Below, piece after piece: positions 10,719-20,825 of a stretch of 64,000 bases of DNA (position 1 is its first letter; each line of letters begins with the position of its first letter). The translations under genes were made by a program, and so were the position numbers. The notes under the pieces were generated by a model, which ran no database searches, was not told the origin of the DNA, and saw nothing but the letters and a program-made list of their open reading frames with translations. Source of the DNA: Candidatus Marinacidobacterium sp. (GTDB taxonomy: Bacteria; Acidobacteriota; Vicinamibacteria; Marinacidobacterales; Marinacidobacteraceae); NCBI GenBank assembly GCA_965202845.1, contig OZ241856.1, positions 1,155,886 to 1,219,885 on the forward strand, written 5' to 3'.

Positions 10719-13423
10719 CGTGGAAACGGCTCGCCGCCGCCGGAACCGCCCTCCTGCTGGTCAACTCCGGCTACCTGCTGGCCGCCCGGGAAGCCACCCT
10801 GCTCCACGCGGCGCAGATCCTGCTGCATCCGCTGCTGGCCCTGGCCGTCCTCAAGGTTCTCGCCTTCGATCACCGGCGGATCCGGGCGGCGCTTCGGGCG
10901 GAGCCGCTGCGGGCCGCCTTCCTCGGAACCGGCGCAGTCGTGGTCCTGAGCGGCGTCGGTCTCGTCATCCTGGGCGCCAACCGCCCGCTGCTGATCGCGC
11001 ATCTCGCCGCCGCCGCCGGATTCGCCCTGCTGCTGGCGCGCCGGCGGGTGTTGCTCGCTCCGCTTCTGGTCGCCGTCTCGATCCCGGTCGGCGGACTGCT
11101 CCGGGGCCTTCTTCCCGAAACCGAACCCGCGCTGAACGCCGGCCTGCCTCCCGCCGCCATGGCCGGCGAGGCGATGGGCGGCGCCTCCGGCCCCTTCTAC
11201 CCGTCGGCGGCGGCCACCGCGGACGGGGAGCTCATCCCGGCGGAGTTCTTCATGGGGAGCGACGCCTGCGGACGCTGCCACCAGGACATCACCCGGCAGT
11301 GGGAGGACTCCGCCCACCGGTTCGCCTCGTTCAACAACCCGTGGTACCGCCGCTCCATCGAGTACATGCAAAGCGTGGTCGGCGTCACCCCCTCCAAGTG
11401 GTGCGCCGGCTGCCACGACCACGCGGTCCTGTTCTCCGGCCTGATGGACAAACCGATCGAGGAAATCGTGGACTTGCCGGCGGCGAACGCCGGTCTGGGC
11501 TGCGTCTCCTGCCATGCGATCACCCGGGTCCGGAACACCATGGGGAACGCCGGCTTCGTGATCGAGTATCCGGAGATGAACGACCTGGCGTCGTCCGAAG
11601 ACCCGCTTCTCCGAACCCTCCATGACCTGGTGATTCACCTGGACCCGGAGCCGCACCGCCAGGCCTTCCTGAAGCCCATCCACCAGGGGGACAGCTCGGC
11701 CTTCTGCTCGACTTGCCACAAGGTGCACCTGGACGAACCGGTGAACCACTACCGCTGGCTGCGCGGGTTCAACAGCTACGACAACTGGCAGGCGAGCGGC
11801 GTCTCCGGCCACGGCGCCCGCTCCTTCTACTACCCCGAAGAGACCAGCACGTGCGCCGACTGCCACATGCCGCCGGTTCCCGGCGAGGATCCGGCGGCCC
11901 GGGACGGGCTGATCCGCTCGCACCGGTTCGCCGCCGCCAACACCGCGCTTCCGGTCCACTTCGGGCGCGACCAGCAACTCCAGGCGGTGCGCGACTTCCT
12001 GGCGGCCGGTCAGGTGACGGTGGACATCTTCGCGCTGACCCGGGGCGGCGGCGCGGCGCCGGACGATGAAGGCCCGGACCGGGAAGCCGCCGATCCCCTC
12101 ACCCTCGCCTCCACCTTCGCGGTGGGCGAGGAGGCGATGCCGGCGCCCGCCCGCTACCAGGCGGCCGGCCCCGCCGGCGCGCTCACCGCGCCGCTCGACC
12201 TGGAACGTCCGGCGCTCCAGCCCGGCGAGTCGGTGCGGGTGGACGTCGTGGTGCGGACCCGGAAGGTGGGGCACTTCTTTCCCAGCGGGACGGTGGACGC
12301 CCACGACGTGTGGCTGGAATTCCGGGCGGAGGACGCCTCCGGGCGCGCCTTCTTCTGGAGCGGCTTCACCGAGGGCGAGGACGCTCCGGTGGAGCCTTCG
12401 GCCCACTTCTTCCGCTCGCTGATGCTGGACGAGCGCGGAAACCCCATCAACAAGCGAAACGCCTGGGCGGCGCGGAGCGCGCTGTACGTCACCCAGATCC
12501 CGCCGGGAGCGGCCCATACGGTCCGCTACCGGGTCCGGATTCCGGAGGACGCCGTCGGGCCGGTGAAGCTGACCGCGCGCCTCAACTACCGGAAATTCGC
12601 CTGGTGGCACACCCAGTGGGTCTTCCGGGGGACGCCGCTCAGCGACGGCGAGGTCGCGCCCGGCTTTGACGACCGCACCTGGGTGTTGGATCCCGACCGG
12701 GAAGCTCCCGATGTGCCGATCGTCACCATGGCGTCGGCGGAGCTGGAGCTTCCGGTGGGCGAGGCGGTTCCCCCGGCGGAGGGGGACGCCCGGGACGTCG
12801 CGCTCCGGTTCAACGACTACGGAATCGGGTTGCTGCTCCAGGGCGACCTGCGGGGAGCGGAGGCGGCCTTCCAGCGGGTGGCCGAGCTGGACCCGTCCTT
12901 CCCCGACGCCCCGGTCAACCTGGCGCGGGTCCGAATCCAGGAGGGGGATCCCGAGGGCGCGCGGGACGCCGCCGATGCGGCGCTGGCGCTTTCGCCCCGG
13001 CTGCCGCGGGCGCTCTTCTTCCGGGCGATGGCGCTGAAGGCGCTGGGGCGCTACGACGACGCGCTCCGGGATCTCCGGGTGGTCGCGGAGGCCCACCCCG
13101 GCGACCGGGTGGTGAACAACCAGATCGGCCGCCTCCTCTTCCTGAAGCGGGAGTACGCGGAGGCGGCGGCCGTCCTCGAGCGGACGCTGCGGATCGACCC
13201 GGAGGATCTGGAGGCCCACTACAACCTGATGCTGGCGGCGCGCGGCCTCCGGGACGCCGAAGGCGCCGCCCGGCACCAGGAGCTCTATCTGCGCTTCAAG
13301 GCGGACGAGTCGGCGGACGCCACCGGCGGGGACTACCGGCGAACCCACCCCGAGGACAACAACGAGCGGCTTCCGATCCACGAGCACCGGAACGGGCTCG
13401 ACGGCGCCTCTCCCGGCCCATAG
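10715..13423 (+). CDS. membrane-anchored pentaheme c-type cytochrome with a C-terminal tetratricopeptide-repeat (TPR) domain
   Basis: About four N-terminal TM helices. Five CXXCH motifs (CGRCH, CAGCH, CVSCH, CSTCH, CADCH). C-terminal TPR-like repeats (...ALKALGRYDDALRDL..., ...EAHYNLMLAARGL...). The ATG overlaps the DedA stop (ATGA). Confidence 0.75.
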   Translation: MTWKRLAAAGTALLLVNSGYLLAAREATLLHAAQILLHPLLALAVLKVLAFDHRRIRAALRAEPLRAAFLGTGAVVVLSGVGLVILGANRPLLIAHLAAAAGFALLLARRRVLLAPLLVAVSIPVGGLLRGLLPETEPALNAGLPPAAMAGEAMGGASGPFYPSAAATADGELIPAEFFMGSDACGRCHQDITRQWEDSAHRFASFNNPWYRRSIEYMQSVVGVTPSKWCAGCHDHAVLFSGLMDKPIEEIVDLPAANAGLGCVSCHAITRVRNTMGNAGFVIEYPEMNDLASSEDPLLRTLHDLVIHLDPEPHRQAFLKPIHQGDSSAFCSTCHKVHLDEPVNHYRWLRGFNSYDNWQASGVSGHGARSFYYPEETSTCADCHMPPVPGEDPAARDGLIRSHRFAAANTALPVHFGRDQQLQAVRDFLAAGQVTVDIFALTRGGGAAPDDEGPDREAADPLTLASTFAVGEEAMPAPARYQAAGPAGALTAPLDLERPALQPGESVRVDVVVRTRKVGHFFPSGTVDAHDVWLEFRAEDASGRAFFWSGFTEGEDAPVEPSAHFFRSLMLDERGNPINKRNAWAARSALYVTQIPPGAAHTVRYRVRIPEDAVGPVKLTARLNYRKFAWWHTQWVFRGTPLSDGEVAPGFDDRTWVLDPDREAPDVPIVTMASAELELPVGEAVPPAEGDARDVALRFNDYGIGLLLQGDLRGAEAAFQRVAELDPSFPDAPVNLARVRIQEGDPEGARDAADAALALSPRLPRALFFRAMALKALGRYDDALRDLRVVAEAHPGDRVVNNQIGRLLFLKREYAEAAAVLERTLRIDPEDLEAHYNLMLAARGLRDAEGAARHQELYLRFKADESADATGGDYRRTHPEDNNERLPIHEHRNGLDGASPGP

Positions 13424-13430
13424 CCCCGCG

Positions 13431-15610
13431 TCAAGCCCGCTTCCGCAGCCGGAGCGCGTTCAGGACGACGGAAAGCGACGAGAGCGCCATCGCCAGCGCC
13501 GCCGCCTCCGGAGCGATCAGCACCCCGGCGAGCGGGTGGAGGACGCCCGCCGCCAGCGGGATCGCCGCCAGGTTGTACCCGAAGGCCCAGCCGAGGTTCT
13601 GGCGGATCACCCGCACCGCGCGTCGGGCGGTCCGGATGGCGTCGCCGGCAAGCCGGAGGTCCGCCCGCATCAGCGTGACCCCGGAGGCGGCGCGGGCGAT
13701 GTCGGCGCCGCTGGCGAGGGCGATGCCCACATCGGCGTGCGCCAGCGCCGGAGCGTCGTTGAGGCCGTCCCCCACCATCGCCACCGGTCCGAAGTGGGCG
13801 CGCAGGCGATCCAGCTCGGCGCGCTTCCCTTCCGGACGCAGCTCCCCCATCGACTCGGTGAAGCCGAGATCCCGCCCGACCGCGGCGACCGCTCCCGAGG
13901 CGTCGCCGGAAAGGAGCGCCACCGGAAACCCCTCCTCCCGGAGCCGGCGCACCGCCGCCGCCGCCTCCGGGCGCGGCTGGTCGCGGAACCCCACCGAGCC
14001 GATCCACTCCCCGTTCCGGAACGCGTGCAGCCGCGCCGAGGCGTCGCCCGCTTCCCCCGGATCCCAGCCCGGCAGGACCCGATGGCTTCCGACCCGCATG
14101 GATTCCCCGGTCGGAAGGGTCGCGGAGACCCCGCGTCCGGGAAGGGCCTCGAACCGCTCGGGGCGCACTGGACGAATTCCCTGCGCTTCGGCGAACCGCA
14201 CCAGCGCCAGCGCCAACGGATGCTCGGAGACCGATTCAGCGGACGCGGCGAGCGTCAAGAACTCGTCTTGCGACACCCCCTGGGCGGTCCGCACCTGGAG
14301 CGCTTCGGGTTCGCCCGAAGTGACCGTTCCGGTTTTGTCGAAAGCCACCGCCCGCACCGAAGCCAGCCGTTCGATGGCCTCCCCGTTCCGGAACACGATG
14401 CCCCGCCGGGCCGATTCGCCGGTGGCCACCACCACCGCGATCGGGGCCGCCAGCCCGACCGCGCAGGGACAGGCGACCACCACCACCGCGATCGCGCGCG
14501 CCAGCGCGAACCCGGCGCCGGCGCCGGCGAGCAGCCAGCCCAGCAGGGTCAGCACGCCGATCGCCATGACCGCGGGCACGAAGACCGACGCCACCCGGTC
14601 GGCGATCCGCTGGAGCGGGATTTTCTCGGACTGCGCCTGCCGCACCGCGGCGGCGATGCGGGCGAGCGTGCTCTCCGGCGCGGCGCGAAGCGTCTCGATT
14701 TCGATCCAGCCGCTTCGGTTCAGGGCGCCGCCCGCCACCGTCTCGCCCGCGACCCGGTCCACCGGCGCGCTCTCCCCGGTAAGGAGCGACTCGTCGATCG
14801 CCGCGCCTCCCTTCAGGATGCGGCCGTCGAGCGGAATCCGTTCTCCCGGACGCACGCCCAGCACGTCTCCCACCCGCACCTCGTCCAGCGGAACCTCCTC
14901 GGACTCGCCGTCCTCCCCCCGGATGCGCCGCGCCGTCTCCGGCGCCAGCAGCAGGAGCTTGCGCAGCGCGTCGGACGCCCGCCCGCGCGCCCGGGACTCG
15001 AGCCACCGACCGAAGGTCACGATGGCGACCAGCATGGCGGCGACGTCGAAGAACAGGACGTCCGCCGCGCCGAAGCCCAGGAGATGCGCCATCGACGCGC
15101 CGTAGGCGGCGCCGGCGCCCAGACCGATCAGGCTGTCCATCCCGTAGGAGCGACGCCGGAAGTCCAGAACCAGCGCCTTCAGGTAGCCCCGACCCAAGCC
15201 GAAAAGAACAGCGGTGGCGCACAGGAACTGAAGCAGCATCCCGGACTGGCCGGGAAGCGCCCCGCTCATCCCGGCCGCCATGCCGAAGAGCGCCAGCAGC
15301 AGTCCCAGGACGACCCGGGACGTCCGGGGACCGTCGTCCGCCGAAAAGGCGACGCTCCGCTCCGAATCGGACCACTCCAGCCGATACCCGGCGCGTTCCA
15401 CCGCACTGACCAGCGCCGGACGCATGGCGCCGGAAACGAGACCTTCGTCCAGGGTCACCGCGAGGGCGCCGGTGGCCAGATTGGCGTTCGCCGCAGCCAC
15501 TCCCGGTGTGTCGAGCACGGCGCGCTCCACCCCGGCCACGCACCCGGCGCAGTGCATGCCGACGACCCGGCCGACGACCCCGCCCACGACACGACTGGCG
15601 CGAGTCTCCA
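13431..15610 (-). CDS. copA: heavy-metal (copper) translocating P1B-type ATPase
   Basis: N-terminal heavy-metal-associated domain GMHCAGCVAGVE. Motifs CPC, DKTGT and GDGLNDAPAL. Start at METRAS. Confidence 0.85.
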
Positions 15611-15656
15611 TCGGCAGGCGGCATCGTACCGCGTCCCGGCGTAGAATCGCCGCGCC

Positions 15657-16169
15657 GTGCCGGTTCTGCCCATCCTCCGCTACGGGGCGGAGCAGCTCAC
15701 CACCCCCTCGGCGCCGGTGGAGGACTTCGAGCGGGACTGGACGCCGCTGGTGGAAGACATGATGAGCACCATGTACGCGGCCCCCGGAGTCGGGCTGGCG
15801 GCGCCCCAGATCGGCGTCGGCATGCGCCTCATCGTGATCGACATCACGGTCGGGGAGAAGCCGGACAACCGGATCGTGATGGCGAACCCGGAAATCCTGC
15901 GATCCGAAGGCGTCCAGCACGAGGAGGAGGGGTGTCTTTCGGTGCCGGACTATTCGGGCGTGACCCGCCGTCCCGCCTGGGTCCGGGTCCGCGGCTTCGA
16001 CCTCAGGGGGGAACCGTTCGAGATGGAGGGCGAGGGGCTGCTGGCCCGCGCGTTCGCCCACGAAATCGACCACGTGGACGGGCGGCTCTTCCTGGACCGG
16101 CTGGGAATGCTCAAGCGCGACCTGATCCAGCGCAAGATTCGTCGCCGGATGCGCCGCGGCGACTGGTAG
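15657..16169 (+). CDS. def: peptide deformylase
   Basis: GVGLAAPQIG, EGCLSVP and HEIDH motifs. GTG start. Confidence 0.9.
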   Translation: MPVLPILRYGAEQLTTPSAPVEDFERDWTPLVEDMMSTMYAAPGVGLAAPQIGVGMRLIVIDITVGEKPDNRIVMANPEILRSEGVQHEEEGCLSVPDYSGVTRRPAWVRVRGFDLRGEPFEMEGEGLLARAFAHEIDHVDGRLFLDRLGMLKRDLIQRKIRRRMRRGDW

Positions 16170-16186
16170 ACCCCCCCCTTCCGGTC

Positions 16187-17176
16187 ATGGCCGGTTCGCC
16201 TCTGGACGTCGTGTTCTTCGGGACGTCCGGCTTCGCCGCGCCTTGTCTCCGGGCGCTCCATGCCGAGCACCGGGTGGCGGCGGTGGTCACCCAGCCCGAC
16301 CGCCGGGCCGGACGCGGGAGGAAGCTCCTGCGCAGCCGGGTCGGAGAGCTGGCGGACGAATTGGGAATCCCGCTGGAGCAACCGGAGCGGCTGCGGCGGA
16401 GGGCGGCGGCGGAGCGGATCGCCGCGATCCCCGCCGACTGCCTGGTGGTCGCCGATTATGGGCAGATCCTCCCCGCCTCCCTGCTGCGGGCGCCCCGGCT
16501 CGGCGCCGTCAACGTGCACGCCTCGCTGCTCCCGGAGCTCCGGGGCGCGGCGCCGGCCCGCTGGGCGGTGGCGCGGGGATTGCATCGCACCGGGGTGAGC
16601 ACCATGCTGATGGACGCCGGACTCGACACCGGCCCCGTGCTCTTGCAGCAAGAAGTCGCCATCGATCCCCGCGAGACGGCGGACGAGCTGCTGGCGCGCC
16701 TCGCGCCGCTGGGCGCCTCCCTGCTGCTCGAAACCCTCGCCGGACTCCAGGCGGGGACGCTCCAGCCAATTCCCCAGGACGAAACCCGCGCCACCTGGGC
16801 GCCGCTGGTCGTCCGGGCGGACACCGTGCTCGACTGGCGCGCCCCGGCCGAAACCCTTGCGAATCGGGTCCGCGCCTTCGCTCCGGCGGTCGCCGTGCTC
16901 GCCGGGGGACCGCCGACGCGGGTCCAGGTGCACGAAGCGCTCGCCCTGGAGGGAACCGCCGACGAACCCGGCGCCTTTCGGAACGTCGGCTCGCCCCGCC
17001 GCCCGATTCTGGCGGTCGGTTGCGGGGACGGCGCCGCGCTCGGGATCCGGAGCGTTCAGTTCCCCGGCGCGCGGCGGATGACCGCGGCCGAAGCCCTGCG
17101 GGGACGGCGGCTGCCCCCGGCGGGGCGCTTCCTCGGCAAGGAGGACGCGGTCGCCCACCTCGGCTGGAACAAGTGA
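16187..17176 (+). CDS. fmt: methionyl-tRNA formyltransferase
   Basis: Formyl-transferase N-domain (VVFFGTSGFAAPCL...VVTQPDRRAGRG...NVHASLLPELRGAAP) plus C-terminal domain. Located directly after def. Confidence 0.9.
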   Translation: MAGSPLDVVFFGTSGFAAPCLRALHAEHRVAAVVTQPDRRAGRGRKLLRSRVGELADELGIPLEQPERLRRRAAAERIAAIPADCLVVADYGQILPASLLRAPRLGAVNVHASLLPELRGAAPARWAVARGLHRTGVSTMLMDAGLDTGPVLLQQEVAIDPRETADELLARLAPLGASLLLETLAGLQAGTLQPIPQDETRATWAPLVVRADTVLDWRAPAETLANRVRAFAPAVAVLAGGPPTRVQVHEALALEGTADEPGAFRNVGSPRRPILAVGCGDGAALGIRSVQFPGARRMTAAEALRGRRLPPAGRFLGKEDAVAHLGWNK

Positions 17177-18027
17177 AACGGTTTCTTCTTTTCGCCGTCG
17201 GGACGCTCCTCCTGCTGGGGGCCGGACTCGCCCTCTGGTCGGCGTCCCGCCCCCCGCTCCCGCGCCACCCGTTCTTCTCCGAGCCGGCGCGCAATTACGC
17301 CCACCGCGGCGGGAACGTCGCGGCTCCCGAAGCCACCCTCCCGGCCTTCGCCGCCGCCATCGAAGCGGGCGCCGACGTTCTCGAGTTCGACGTCCGGCTG
17401 ACCGCCGACGGAGTCCTCGTGGTGATCCACGACGCCACCGTGGACCGCACCACCGACGGCGCCGGACCGGTCCGCGACATGACGCTCGCCGAGCTCCGGC
17501 GCTGGAACGCCAGCAGCGGACGCCCCTCGGATCCCCCGACCCGGATTCCCACCCTCGAGGAGGTCTTCGCGGCGCATCCGGAGCGCCGCATGGCGATCGA
17601 GATGAAGACGCCGGAGACGGCGGCGCCGCTCTGCCGGTCCCTGGCCGCAGCAGGACGCCAGACCCGCACGCTGGTCGCCGCCTTCGACGCCGGCGCCCTG
17701 GAAGCCTTCCGCACCGCGTGTCCGGACGCGCCGACGGTGGCTTCGATGTCCGAAGTGGCGACCTTCCTCGTCTTCGCCCACCTGCGGATCGAGGGATTGC
17801 TGCGCCCGGAGGCGAACGCCCTGATGGTTCCCGAAACCTTCGGGCCGGTCCGGGTGGTCACCGGGCGGATCCTGGAAGCGGCCGCGCGCCTCGGGCTTCC
17901 GGTCGCGGTCTGGACGGTGAACGACCCGGACGCCATGGAGCGGCTCCTCGATTTGGGAGTGGACGGCATCCTCACCGACGACCCCGGCGCGCTGGCGCGG
18001 ATCCTCGCCGATCGGCGTGGCGGGTGA
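17173..18027 (+). CDS. glycerophosphodiester phosphodiesterase family protein
   Basis: N-terminal signal/TM. GDPD motifs HRGG...APE(A)TL.AF..A...GAD.LEFDV.LTADGVLVVIHD. The GTG start overlaps the fmt stop (GTGA). Confidence 0.8.
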   Translation: MKRFLLFAVGTLLLLGAGLALWSASRPPLPRHPFFSEPARNYAHRGGNVAAPEATLPAFAAAIEAGADVLEFDVRLTADGVLVVIHDATVDRTTDGAGPVRDMTLAELRRWNASSGRPSDPPTRIPTLEEVFAAHPERRMAIEMKTPETAAPLCRSLAAAGRQTRTLVAAFDAGALEAFRTACPDAPTVASMSEVATFLVFAHLRIEGLLRPEANALMVPETFGPVRVVTGRILEAAARLGLPVAVWTVNDPDAMERLLDLGVDGILTDDPGALARILADRRGG

Positions 18028-19400
18028 CCGGAACCCCTCCGGGGAGTCCGGCCCGCCTGCTCGCCTTCCGGGTTCTGCTCGCACTGGAGTCCGGTTTCGG
18101 TCCGGAACGGCGGCGGGCGGCGGGAACCCCGGATTCCCTGCTGGCCCGGTTCGAGGCGGACATGCAGGTCGGGGAGGCGGATCGCGGGCTGGCCCGGGAG
18201 CTGGTCTTCGGCGCGCTCAAGGGGAAGCGCCTGCTGGACCACACGCTCGACTGCTTTTCCCGTCGGCCGGTGCGCAAGCTCGAACCCGCGCTCCGCGTTC
18301 TGCTTCGGATCGGACTCCACCAGCTCCGGACGCTGACGCGCATCCCCCCGCACGCCGCGCTCTTCGAAACCGTGCGGATCGCGCGGATGCGGATGCGGCC
18401 GGGCGCCGCCCGCCTGGTCAACGCGGTTCTGCGCGCCTACCTGCGCGCCGACCATGCGGGGCCCTCCCCGGAGGGCGATCCGGACCTCTGGATGCGGGTG
18501 GGTCTGTCCCATCCGGACTGGATGGTGGACCGGCTGGTTCGGCGGCTGGGCGAAGCGGGCGCCCGGGCCCGGATGGAAGCGAACAACTGCCCGCCGCAGA
18601 CGTTCCTGCGGGTCCGCCGGGACGTCGACCTCCCGTCCGTCCAGGAGCGCCTGCTGGAGGACGGGGTTCCCACCGAAGTCTTCCCGATGGCGCCCCGCTG
18701 CCTGCTGGCGCGCGCCGGGAACCCGCTTCGGACGGCGGCGCATCGGGAAGGACGGGTTCACATCCAGGACGCCGGCTCCCAGCTCGTCGGCTGGCTGCTG
18801 CCGCTCCACGACGCCCGCCGGGCGCTCGACGGGTGCGCGGCGCCCGGCGGCAAGGCGACGATCCTCGCCGAACGCTTCCATCCGCGCCGGGTGGTGGCGG
18901 CGGACCTGCGCCCGGCACGGATGCGGCTTCTGGAGCGGATCGCGTCCCGCCTGCAGGCGGACAATCTGCATCGGGTCGTCGCCGATGCGGCGTCCCCGCC
19001 GTTTTCTCCCGGTTCGTTCGACCGGATCCTGCTGGACGTCCCCTGCAGCGGCCTCGGCACCCTGGCGCGCAACCCGGACCTGAAATGGACATCTTCGCCG
19101 GAACGGGTGCGTCGCCTGGCGCGAACCGAAGCCCGACTAGCGAGCGCGGCGGTCCGCCTGCTGGCGCCCGGCGGTCTCCTCCTGTACGCCACCTGTTCGC
19201 TGGAGCCGGAGGAGACCGAAGACGTGGTCGCCGGCCTCCTCGATGCGGCGCCCGGCCTGGAACGAGTGTCCCTGGGGGCGGAGCTGCCGCCGGAATCCCG
19301 GCGTTTTCTCGATCCGGACGGAACCCTCCGCATCCTCCCCGAGTCTTCGGGAACCGACGGCTACTTCGCCGCGCTCCTGCGCCGCCCGGCGCTGTCCTAA
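18024..19400 (+). CDS. rsmB: 16S rRNA (cytosine967-C5)-methyltransferase RsmB/Sun
   Basis: NusB-like N-domain followed by a SAM-dependent MTase with the catalytic motifs ...DGCAAPGGKAT...LDVPCSGLGTLARNPD...YATCSLEPEE. The GTG start overlaps the GDPD stop. Confidence 0.85.
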   Translation: MTGTPPGSPARLLAFRVLLALESGFGPERRRAAGTPDSLLARFEADMQVGEADRGLARELVFGALKGKRLLDHTLDCFSRRPVRKLEPALRVLLRIGLHQLRTLTRIPPHAALFETVRIARMRMRPGAARLVNAVLRAYLRADHAGPSPEGDPDLWMRVGLSHPDWMVDRLVRRLGEAGARARMEANNCPPQTFLRVRRDVDLPSVQERLLEDGVPTEVFPMAPRCLLARAGNPLRTAAHREGRVHIQDAGSQLVGWLLPLHDARRALDGCAAPGGKATILAERFHPRRVVAADLRPARMRLLERIASRLQADNLHRVVADAASPPFSPGSFDRILLDVPCSGLGTLARNPDLKWTSSPERVRRLARTEARLASAAVRLLAPGGLLLYATCSLEPEETEDVVAGLLDAAPGLERVSLGAELPPESRRFLDPDGTLRILPESSGTDGYFAALLRRPALS

Positions 19401-19413
19401 CATTCCCGCCCCC

Positions 19414-20178
19414 ATGAGACGTCCATACCGGGTTCGCGTCGTCCGCGCCCCCGCCGTCAAGTCGCGGTTGTCCAAGGCGCTCGACGCCATGCTGATCCTG
19501 GTCGGACTCGGCGCCACCTTCGTGATGTCCGCCGGGATCACCCTGCTGCTCGCCTCTGAGGGCGCGAACCCGCCGGTCCCCGACGTCGTGGGCCTCGATC
19601 CGAATCAGGCGGAGCGGGTTCTGGCCGGCGCCGGACTCCGCATCGCCGAGGCCGGCGCCGAGTTCCACGACGGGATCGCCGCCGGGCGCATCGTCCGCCA
19701 GGACCCGGCGGCCGGACTTCCGTTCAAGCGGGGACGCTCGGTGCAAGTCTTCCTGAGTCTGGGGCGCACCCTCCTCATGGTTCCCCGGCTGGAGGGGGAC
19801 AGCCTGGTCGAGGCGCAGCGGCGGCTGGAGGCCGAGGGATTCCAGCGCGGCCGGGTCTCCGAAATCCCGAACGACGTCCACCCCCAGGGCCGGGTGATCG
19901 CGCAGGCGCCGGGTCCCTACGCCGAAGCGCTCCCCGGCGCTCCGGTTTCGTTGCTGCTCTCGGCCGGATCGGGAAGCGAATCCTTCCTGATGCCCGACTT
20001 CATCGGGCGGCGGTACGGCGATCTCGCCGATGGCCTCAGCCGCGCTGCGGTCCGGGTCGGCGAGGTGCGCAACGTGGACTATCCGGGGACGCCGCGCGGC
20101 ACGGTCGTGGACCAGTCTCCCCGCGCCGGCGAGCGCGTGACCCGCGCGAACCGCATCGTGCTCACCCTGAGCCGCTAG
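19414..20178 (+). CDS. PASTA domain-containing membrane protein (3 PASTA repeats, no kinase domain)
   Basis: One TM helix, then three PASTA-like repeats (VPDVVGLDPNQAERVLAGAGL..., MVPRLEGDSLVEAQRRLEAEGF..., LMPDFIGRRYGDLADGL...). Confidence 0.7.
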   Translation: MRRPYRVRVVRAPAVKSRLSKALDAMLILVGLGATFVMSAGITLLLASEGANPPVPDVVGLDPNQAERVLAGAGLRIAEAGAEFHDGIAAGRIVRQDPAAGLPFKRGRSVQVFLSLGRTLLMVPRLEGDSLVEAQRRLEAEGFQRGRVSEIPNDVHPQGRVIAQAPGPYAEALPGAPVSLLLSAGSGSESFLMPDFIGRRYGDLADGLSRAAVRVGEVRNVDYPGTPRGTVVDQSPRAGERVTRANRIVLTLSR

Positions 20179-20825
20179 TGGTGCGCATCGCTCCCTCCCT
20201 GCTCTCCGCCGACTTCACTCGGCTCGCCCAGCAGGTCGAGCTGGTGGAGCGCGCTGGCGCCCACCAACTGCACCTGGATGTGATGGACGGCCACTACGTC
20301 CCCAACCTCACCTTCGGGCCGATGGTGGTCCGGGCGGTGCGGAGCGTGACGGCGCTTCCCCTGGACGCGCACCTGATGATCCGGAACCCCGACGCATCCT
20401 TTCACGCCTATGTGGAGGCGGGGGCGAACGCCATCGCGGTCCACCCGGAGACCGCGCCCCACCTGCACAAGACCCTGGACGACATCCGGCGGGCCGGCGC
20501 CCGCCCCGGCATCGCCGTCAACCCGCTGACCCCGCTCGCGACCCTTCCGGAGGCGATCGCGGCGTCCGACTACGCGATCGTGATGTCGGTGAACCCCGGT
20601 TGGGGCGGGCAGTCCTTCATCGAAGGCAGCTTCGACCGGGTCCGGAAGGTGCGCGAGATGGCGGACCGGTTGCGCCCCGGCTACGAAATCATCATCGACG
20701 GCGGGATGGACGCCGCCCGGATCCCGGACGCCCGCGCCGCCGGCGCCGACACCGTGGTGGCCGGTTCGGCGATCTTCGGCGCCCCCGACCCGGCGGCGGC
20801 GCTTGGGGAGATGCTCGCCGCATGA
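20178..20825 (+). CDS. rpe: ribulose-phosphate 3-epimerase
   Basis: PSLLSADF...LHLDVMDGHYVPN...SVNPGWGGQSF...IDGG signature. Confidence 0.9.
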   Translation: MVRIAPSLLSADFTRLAQQVELVERAGAHQLHLDVMDGHYVPNLTFGPMVVRAVRSVTALPLDAHLMIRNPDASFHAYVEAGANAIAVHPETAPHLHKTLDDIRRAGARPGIAVNPLTPLATLPEAIAASDYAIVMSVNPGWGGQSFIEGSFDRVRKVREMADRLRPGYEIIIDGGMDAARIPDARAAGADTVVAGSAIFGAPDPAAALGEMLAA

